Source: Phoronis australis (Eukaryota; Animalia; Phoronida). Taken from it: DNA of 40,454 nucleotides. The number at the start of each line of letters is the position of its first letter. Within the stretch, counting starts at the first letter, position 1. The stretch is from assembly GCA_002633005.1 (NCBI GenBank), contig NMRA01001038.1:3305-43758 (forward strand), read 5' to 3'. This document shows, one piece after another, positions 24,796-33,700 of this stretch. The notes beneath the pieces were generated by a model. It worked only from the letters and a program-made list of their open reading frames with translations. It was not told where the DNA came from and did not search any database. The translations under genes were made by a program, and so were the position numbers.

Positions 24796-24947
24796 CTTGT
24801 TTCTGTGAACAGTGTCTTTCCTCTCTTCTTGATTGGCTCAGTTGCAGCCCGAGGTTTAGGTGGAGGACGCACTGGTGTGACCCTGTCATATTGCCACACT
24901 GGCAGAGGGTTTGGGTTTTCATTTGTAGGCTTTCCATCTTTGAAGTG
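24796..24947 (-). pseudogene. Exon encoding the C-terminal part of a THAP domain
   Basis: tttttag|HFKDGKPTNENPNP...VRPPPKPR...|gtaaac. Same THAP subtype as HFVDGEPTERNP in the 1048-1521 ORF. Confidence 0.65.
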
Positions 24948-25089
24948 CTAAAAAAATTTGAAGTGAGAAGTTTTACCTCAAGAAAATAATAACTTTTATA
25001 CCACAATATTAGCGTCAAATGGCAGATACAAGCGTGTAATAACCCATAAAGTTATCTCAATGTTGAGATAACGGTTTGGCGGGAAACCG

Positions 25090-25157
25090 AGGACGGAGTG
25101 GAACCCGGGAGCCTGAAATTGCTGGTCGCCGACTTTACCACTACACCATGCAGCGGC
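25090..25157 (-). mobile_element. tRNA-like Pol III head (SINE remnant)
   Basis: A box TGGTGTAGTGG (25148-25138) and degenerate B box GGTTCCACTCC (25105-25095). Confidence 0.45.
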
Positions 25158-25634
25158 TGACGTCATCAAGAGTGAAAATAGAATACTTAAATGAGCACGC
25201 GCAATAATCACACGTTCAACAAACCGCATTGTACTGTACTTATACTTTACGAAAAATAAGACACAAAATTTCCATAAAAATGATATCTTAATTCAGTGAA
25301 ATTTTTCTCTCATGTCCTCTTACTTGGAAATCACCGATCTACAATTTGAATGCTGGTATCGTGTCGTCAGGATCTTTTACTTGAGAATTGTATTCAGCTA
25401 CCAGTGGTAACCTATTTTAGCAGACGATAATTTCCCGGTCGAAGCTTAGCGTGAAAAAAAAAACGTGTTTCAAGCTATAATAGTTGGTAAACCTCAATTT
25501 ATAAATTCAATATATTTCTATTATATTTAAGTTTTCAATTGGTTTTGAGTAAAAGCATTATTTGACAAAAATAGCCCGGCTTTTCTTAAAAGGTCACGAC
25601 ATCCGACCCCGGGCCTCTGACATACAAAGTAGTA

Positions 25635-25680
25635 GAGAATTATCACACTCGGGGCTAACGCCCCTCGGGCGATAATTCTC
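25635..25680. repeat. Two-stem hairpin
   Basis: GAGAATTATC...GGGGC-TAAC-GCCCC...GATAATTCTC. Confidence 0.8.
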
Positions 25681-27860
25681 CAAAATCCACTCGGGCTCTA
25701 GATAACGGGGGATAACGACTTCGCTTTGTAATATTCTATGTTTATTTTGATTTCAGTTAAAGCTATGATTTTCTGTGCGTTAGCTGAGTCAATTCTTGGG
25801 TATCTGGCTTTTCACCATTGTTTCAGTGATTAAACAAGATACAGAAAACTTTGATACTGTTGTTAAAGGTGAGAATCATCGACTTTAAGCATCCAAATTA
25901 CGAAGTTTAGCTTTCGAAATTGACCACTTACCAAAGTAACATCGACCTGAATTTGATTCTTACGCAAATTTAAAGAGACATGATAAGCAACTCATAAAGT
26001 ATTGTCATGCACAATTATAGTTTTTTCTCCTATTCTCAGTGCCCACTTTTAATACAAGCAAAGAACAAAATGAAATCAATTTTGTTGCAGAGAGTGGTCT
26101 AATTCTAAAAGTAGCATTATCACTAAGTTGTGACATGATTACAAAAGATCACACACTGGCACCCAGAAGCAAAAAATGGCTATTTACAAGATATACTTTC
26201 AAGCCTCATAAATTAAAATATCGTGTTTGAACAACTACAAGAGGACACCTCTCCAACTCCATAGACGAAGTGTAAAGTAAAGGTTCTCAAAAAAAAGAAA
26301 GTTACGTTTTTGTGACAGCTCGAACAAAGCTTTAGTTCAGTAAAAAGGCAGTAACTGTCCCGACTATGTCGATCGAACTAAAAAGAACAATTTTGTATAG
26401 AAGTTGAGTTAGGCACCATCCTATTGGTATATGAATAAAAAATAAAAATAAAAATGGTTTGTCACTTTGCTACAAAACAAAACAATGTTCATTATAATAG
26501 TGCCCATAAACTACCGCTGGGGCTAGTGCCATTGTCAGTGCTGGGGAAAAACTAGCATTCAATTTGGTACAAAGCTGTATACTAAGTATATGTATTTTGA
26601 CGCCAGTCTTCATACAGCTAGCTGGCTGGCTAGAGTCAAACAGGTGCTAAGAAAAATGGCGCCAGACGAGTGAAACTGCGTAGATACGCCTACACTACAG
26701 CCAACAAACTGAAAAATGTACTAACCTTGGAACAAATATATTTATGTTTAGCCTTGGGATAATCACGCAACATTGCCAAGTTGAGCTGTACGTTTGGCCG
26801 TCTACAGAGTTTTATCCATAGGTTACACTGCTCGAGGTGAGTTTTCGATTTGGGAAATGGACAAAATGAGACATGATTTTCCTCTATAGACGCATACCGG
26901 CTGTCAGATTTGCAGACGCCATAGCAACACCGTTTTACAATTATAAAACCAAAATTTCTTAATGTATAAACTAAAATAAACTATACACGCCAACGCACTC
27001 TTTGTCGGGTAAAATGGCGGCTTAGAAAAGAAGACGAAGGTGTGATAAGAATGCTGTGTTCTGATTGCTCAGTTAAGCCGTCAGTCGTAATCTTGGCGAT
27101 AGGTTCAATTCTTCGAAGCAGCTGGGAGGGATCCAAGTTCTAAAGTCTTTGTCTTTATCCAGTATTTTTAATGATTACAAGTCTATTTCCCTGTTGGTTC
27201 AACTAGTATGTCATGTCTACTCCTGTTATAAGTGCCTGCTATTCTGTTATTTCCTAATTGGTTGGAAGCTATTGTTATCGAAGACAATGGTTGAGTCCAT
27301 TGTTCTTGTCATTATGGAAAGGTACCCTTACTTTGAATTGTATAGGCGTGTCACTGTTTTTTTTTTGTTAAGTTAAAACACGATGTTTGTAACTCGGACC
27401 TGTTCCAAGAAAACTGACTTAGCTGAGACAAACCTTAAATTTCAGTCAATTTAAACTTAAATTTGTCTCAAGTCCGTTTCAAAATAGAGACCTTAGGCTT
27501 GACTTAAGTTTTGTCTTACTTTTGACTTACTTGCCGAATGTTGGATTTGCAAAGTTTAGAAGTTGAGGCAAAGCTTAAGTCAAAAATAACTTAAAGGCGA
27601 AGGCAACATTTTTTCCATGTCATTTTGAGCTAAAATAAGGTTGGTTGGTCATCCTAGACATATTTTCCACTTAATTACAGCTTTTCGTAATTTTATTAAT
27701 TACTCGTCTGCTACTCCGGAAGTGACGTTTTAGGAGGCAAGCATTTCGCGCCAATTTCTTTTCATATAGTCTGACTGTGAGAGCTGCCGAGTCAGTCATT
27801 GTTTTACCTCGGTTGTGTTGAGTTCCGTCGTCGTTTGCTGTCATTTACTAGTCAGTCAGC

Positions 27861-28645
27861 ATGCCACACTGTTGCTGCGTACGAGGATGTACTAATTATC
27901 GGCTCTCGCGCGCTTTAGGGGTACCTTTGCATCGCTTTCCGATGGATGACACACTTCGAAGTACTTGGCTCGTTCGTGTAAAGAACGCAGCGTTACCCGT
28001 CCACGCAACGTATAAAGCAGTGGAGAATTAGTAATTTACCGTGTGTGTTGGCAAGCACTTTCTGCCGTCCGATTACGAACGGGATTTGTACGCTGAACTG
28101 ATGAAGGTCCCTGCGAAACAACGTCTGAAGAAGGGTGCCATTCCGTCTATGTTGATTCCCGGCAGTGCCCCGTCGCCACCCCCGAGAAGTGCGTTTTTGA
28201 AGCGAGAAGCCTCGTGAGCTGTGGCCTGTACAGTGGAGGCTCTTGATCTACTGTCACCCGTTCCTCCGAACGTACCCCCAGAGCGTGTAATTCCTGGAAC
28301 CAGTAGTGATTCGCCCTGTGCTGTTCTCTCCAGCCCAGAACCTCTAAGCAGCCCTGCACCGATATTGAGTAGTGGGAGTGTTTACAGGGTCAGTTCGACA
28401 CCCAGTGAAGAGGACAGTTCGTCGTCCAGTGAACAGATCGGTGAGCCAAACTTTAATAAGTTTATCGTGGACTTGTCTAACGTGTTGGAGCTATTTAGAA
28501 GGTGCCAGGGTGTGGCGAGGGAGTCACACCACACGATGTAAGCAGTTTGGGTGCTCAGGTCACCATCCAGTGGGAGTGTGTCGCGTGACACTCTGGCAAG
28601 TGGGACAGTTGTTCCTCTGTCCGTGGTATGCCGGAGGTCCACTTA
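27861..28645 (+). pseudogene. THAP domain plus N-terminal part of Kolobok transposase, truncated before the DDE core
   Basis: MPHCCCVRGCTN...LHRFPMDDTLRSTWL...YKAVEN**FTVCVGKHFLPSDYERD...RLKKGAIPS, an S/P-rich linker, then KFIVDLSNVLELFRRC. Confidence 0.85.
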
Positions 28646-28951
28646 ACCATGTCCAGTAGTGGCTTGGCCTTGTTGAACTCTGAACAGCACAAGCATTCCA
28701 TTGAGGTAGGCATAACAACGCACACAGTGCATTTGCACCAAGATGTGTCATCACGTCTGTCCTCAGTAGTCGCCTCGTTTCTCTCAACAGCTGCCTGTGC
28801 CTCTGCGTACTCTGCCTCGTTATACTCGGGCTCAAACACGTACCCACCCACTGAATGTCCGTGAAAAAATTCCTCGTCACCATTGCTGTGAACAAGGTCT
28901 CCGTCACTCACACTACTGTCACTGTGATATGGATCACCGACACTCAGCCAT
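28646..28951 (-). pseudogene. 5' half of a P2X7 ballast-like (KolX) gene
   Basis: GGYVFEPEY...DDTSWCKCTVCVVMPTSMECLCCSEF matches the WCxCxxCxxM...ExxCCxE zinc-binding motif. The probable ATG at 28951 is out of frame. Confidence 0.85.
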
Positions 28952-29832
28952 TTTCAGCTTACAACACACTAAACAATCCCTAAATCCAACGTAGTTGAGT
29001 TCTCTACTAACCTATCTTGCCGCAGAATACTCGCCGATGGAAAGTGGTGGCGACAATTGTTGAAAAACAGCACAAATCAAAAGTAGAATAGAACAGATTC
29101 GACGGTAAATTCAACGCAAAACCAAGTTGCGGGAAACGCTTGCCTCCTATAACGTCACTTCCGGAGTAGCGGACGAGTAATTTATAAAATTACGAAAAGC
29201 TGTAATTAAGTGGAAAATATGTCTAGGATAACCAACCAACCTTATTTTAGCTCAAAATGACATGGAAAAAGGTTGCCTTCGCCTTTAAGTTAGTTTCTGG
29301 GAGCCGGCCCCAGGTCTCAAGTACTTCGGTGAGAATGTGGATCCCACACAGTTGATGAGTGTTTTATGATTTTTTGTATCTTTGTGTTTATGAAGTCATT
29401 AGAAATTATGAATTTATTATATTCTATCCAAAAGGTTGTAAGCTTGTACTTTGGTAGGTTGAGAATCAAACATAGTTTGTGCATCTGCTGTATGGTGGTC
29501 TGTGAAGTCAATAAATATTTACGTCCATGTAATTTTAAGACTTTGCTCTTTTTGCGCTTTATGTTACATGTTTATTAGTTGACTAATTAATTATTTTATC
29601 AGCCAATTAGTATAGCAAAGATTTCGTAACTAGACTGTTATTTTTGACATTTTTGTAGTAACATTTTTTAGAATTAAGACATGAAATTTAATTTCACTTA
29701 AATGTAGTTATGGGGGAATATTTTCCTCCGTCCATCATTCTACAGTCCTTACTAAAAATCCTGGATCCGCCCCTGTTATGTAATAGTTCTTTGTTCCATC
29801 CGGATGGTTCACTGAATTTCATTAGTTTGTCT

Positions 29833-29998
29833 GCGCTCAGACGATCAAGTCGTGTTTCTGGTCAGTCTTCAAAGCGCTCAGACGATCAAGTCGTGTTTCT
29901 GGTCAGTCTTCAAAGCGCTCAGACGATCAAGTCGTGTTTCTGGTCAGTCTTCAAAGCGTTCAGACGATCAAGTCGTGTTTCTGGTCAGTCTTCAAAGC
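29833..29998 (+). repeat. Tandem repeat, 41 bp x 4
   Basis: Unit GCGCTCAGACGATCAAGTCGTGTTTCTGGTCAGTCTTCAAA, with one substitution in unit 4. Confidence 0.97.
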
Positions 29999-30794
29999 TT
30001 GTTTTGAAATATACATCTCAACCACATTCTACTTTTTCTAACTTTAGTTCGAACCACTGCATCAGCAAAATATTGCCCTAGATAAAAATATTATAGTCTG
30101 TTTGAAAGGCACTATAATGCTTATTTATGATCTTTTTCTTGTGGAACAAACAGCACAAAGAGCTCATGATGGATTTTCTAATGTTGTGGTTCTTTTGCAA
30201 TTTAGTTGGAAAAACGGCGAAGTTGCGAAACATTTTAGTGACAGTAACTAAGGTGACTTCTTTTCCTATTAACCTAGTGTTGCACTTAATATTGTCCTAC
30301 ACACTAAACGTGTTCTACTTTAGAACACAAAAATGTTACTCACAAAGTGAACGCAGTTACAGTGTTCTAAAAGTGCAGCACATTAGTTGGTCGAATTTTG
30401 TAACTCCTGGGCTGAGTTGCATAAAGCTTCAAAAGATATTCACTGGATAAGTTTGATTGTTGCATGACGTCATGTGCATTGTTCAAAAATAACAACGTGA
30501 CGCGTGATAATGCGACGTCATTGTTGCTATACGGCGTATAACTTTTATGCAACTGGGCCCTGATGTTCAAGTTGGAACGCACTGCAGAACGAAAATACAC
30601 GTATTTTTAGAACACATGTGCCACTTAGTAGTCACAAAAGAACGATTGTGACATAGGAGACTATACTGTTGTTCTACCGCGAGTTTCGAACATTGAGTGT
30701 TCCAATGGTGGTGATTATAATTTAATTTTTTGTTAGATTTTCTCAATGAAGTGAATTTGAACGTTATGCACATCAGGGTCATTAGAGTTGTTAA

Positions 30795-33700
30795 GAGTCA
30801 CTGCATAAGAAAGTCAGGCAGATGCGGGAACATGACATGTTATGGATTTTTTTTAAATATAGCTTAGTTTTACTCTTAGGTGGAAAGGTCAACACCTAAA
30901 ATAATTTTATCTAAAACAACGAAAACTACCCCCTGGAAATTTTTGGCTAGTTTAAGGCTTTGGAAATCATCAAATTTTAGCATTTTTGTTAAATCACTGT
31001 GCAACAACAAGTCAACAGAAACTGAGAATGACACACTGAATAAACACAACCTGTGTCTACGTGAAAATGTAAAAATCATAATTAAAAGGTATTTGCAAGT
31101 TGAGCTGAGCCTCTGTAAAGTAGGTATATATTAAAACATTTTTGGACAGCGATCTGTGTTACCTGCTTACTTCGATTGAAACCACCCACTTTGCTGGTAT
31201 CGGTCGTCCTGTTCGCCATTAATGTCACTCCCATTAACAAACCAACGAAGTTCTAAAGATTTATGAGTAACAAAAAACGATGTCAACAAGGTCATTAACA
31301 TTTTTCAAAGCTCCAAATCTGAATAACATTAAAATTGTTGCGGCTGGAGCTCAGAACTCTACAATTAAAGCTGAAATTACGGCCTCAAAACGATGGCAAT
31401 TGTCGGTCCTGTAATGTCTGCTTGACGTATAGTAACTTTAAGTGGTTCTGAAAAATAGGAACGTATATTAACACGAGGCAATCCAAAAATCATACTTGAT
31501 TGAATGGTTATTGCTAAGCATACCTTTTAAGTACCGAAGACCCACGGGGAGCACTGATCCTGTAAAGGTGAAAATCTTCAGGGTAGTAATTTTTCTGCTG
31601 ATCAGATGGCGCACCGGTTTACCAAATCGGAAAAATGAACCTTTTATTGAACAAGTTGTACTCATTAGGCAGTGCCAAGTCAATATTTTAGGGCGCGCCC
31701 AAGAATGTAACTTTGAGAAATCCTACATTTTTGGCTAACTATTCAATACACGGAAAACGTATAATGACTATTGCTATTTCTATAGGAGTGTTTTCGCCAA
31801 CCTCCACTTAACAGTTCTTGAAGCAACGTTTCAGCCAGTTGTATTAACAATCATCACCAGGACTTCCATTTTAGTGATGATGATTGCAAAGCAAAGGACT
31901 GAAACGTAGATTCGATGAAGCAAGTTCAGGTGAGAATGGACCAGAAGATTACAGCCGTGATTGTTGAACATCACTAACGCAATATGAATTCGAGATGTTC
32001 ATAAAAATACTACCTAGGGCAAGGAATGTCATTGGTTAATCTGGGCATCAGATGTAAACCACTAGCAGATCCAAAATTTCAAAAGGGGCGATTGCAGTGG
32101 TGCTATGAATTTGAAATACAGACTACGAAAATATCAAATTATTTTACGTAAGCTATCGGTGAACTTAAGTGTTTTATTATCTAATACTCATGGAAACTCT
32201 GACTTGCAACACACAGAAAACTACATCAGTACACTATTTATTACACAGGAAATTTATACAACGCAGCCTTTGGTCGTGGTTGACTTAAGTTTCCCACCTG
32301 AAAATTGATTATATTGCATATGTGTATTATACAATTGTGAGTTTTGAATATCGAAATCTTTGACCAAAAGACGCAAAAATGAAACCGCACTCTACATCAC
32401 ACTGCAATTTTTTGTCAACATCATTCAAAAACATTAAAAACGCATCTCTGGCTTTATGGTTCCAGGGATGTTAATAATATGCTGTCATATTTTTGCCAAA
32501 TTCCATACATCAAGATACTTGGTTGATACAGAATCACTAGAGAACGCCACAGCACTCAGACATGTCCTGAAATTTATGCCGGGCATACTCTCCTCAATAA
32601 TGTAACACATACATCAAATTTCAGCCACATCAACAGAACTTTGTAAATATTGTGGCGCAGATAAACAAACAAATTGCCACTCCTGGCGCCTCGCTGATTG
32701 CACCCGTCAGAAAACCAATCTGTCAGACGTGATCATCTCAGTAGGAACATATGAGCAAAATTTCATAACTATCCTCCAAGCAATATAAGGGACAGAGAGG
32801 CTGGTGCCAGAAATAATGATCTTTAGTGGCACAGAATATTTTAAATCCAGCCGAAAATAGCACTTTGTTCTCGTTTCCTCAACAGAAACAAATTTACCAT
32901 ATTGCATATAATACATCAAGAAACTTGGTAGATATAGAGGCATACATGAAGAAAACCTAAATTGCAATTAAGCAGTGATTTTGTGGAGCGTAGGCGCAGA
33001 TAGGCACAGCCAACCACCTTTTGGTATTTGAGCATAACGCACCATAAGTTACGTTCAGTGCTCAAGCTGATAAGGTGGGCTTTGGGCGCCTACTTACCTT
33101 TAATTTTACCCCTAAAGCACTGCCATTAAAGGGCACCATATGAGATCGTCCAATCAACAATCAGTGTCAGTCGTGCTCACATCAACGGCAACATTTTTTA
33201 CAGATTACCTAGGTACGTCAGGAAGTAGGAAAACGTATTTGCGAAATTTGATGAAAATTAGTCAAGGAACTTGCTAGATTTAGAGATTAAGATGAAGAAG
33301 TAAAATTGCCACTAGGGTTACAGTGGTAGTCAAATACATCCCAAAACTCTCGTGTGTCATAGCATTTGTAAAATTTCACATTCACCAAGGATTGGGAGAT
33401 GCAGCAGCAGATGACAGACAAAAAGACGATGACAGCATAATGGGCCTACACACGCATGCTTGCATGCATGCAAACACTCAAACAGAACAAGGCAAAAGTA
33501 ATCAGACAATATCAATCTTTGCCCCGATTGATATGGCTGGTCCTGTTAATGCAAGCATGACTGGTAATAACTATTACGACGGCTAATTACAGAATGTTTT
33601 AGCCATCACACTAACTTAACTGTTTCCCTTCATTTTCAGTAACAAAGGAAGACCACTTTGACCACGAATTCTACTTATGGCCCACCTGTCATGGCAAGCA

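Larger units (their letters stand above)
27595..29284. mobile_element. Kolobok-type DNA transposon with ~150-bp TIRs, deletion derivative, 1690 bp
   Basis: TTAA at 27591-27594 and 29285-29288. Termini AGGCGAAGGCAAC...GTTGCCTTCGCCT. Near-identical TIRs at 27595-27747 and 29133-29284. Confidence 0.93.
27396..29310. mobile_element. Harbinger-like MITE (~220 bp) split by the Kolobok insertion
   Basis: Left end GGACCTGTTCCAAGAAAACTGACTTA vs reverse complement of the right end GGGCCGGCTCCCAGAAACTAACTTA. Body is rich in CTTAAG/ACTTAA motifs. Confidence 0.55.

Noticed and set aside
26656-26760. pogo-like N-terminal HTH (RRYAYTTANKLK)
   Set aside because: Too short and interrupted, with no TIR pair identified.
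28555-28911. Host P2X7 receptor gene
   Set aside because: Only the ballast-like half-domain is present, inside TIRs, with no channel exons.
29833-29998. Possible CRISPR array
   Set aside because: Units are contiguous with no unique spacers, there are no cas genes, and the context is eukaryotic.
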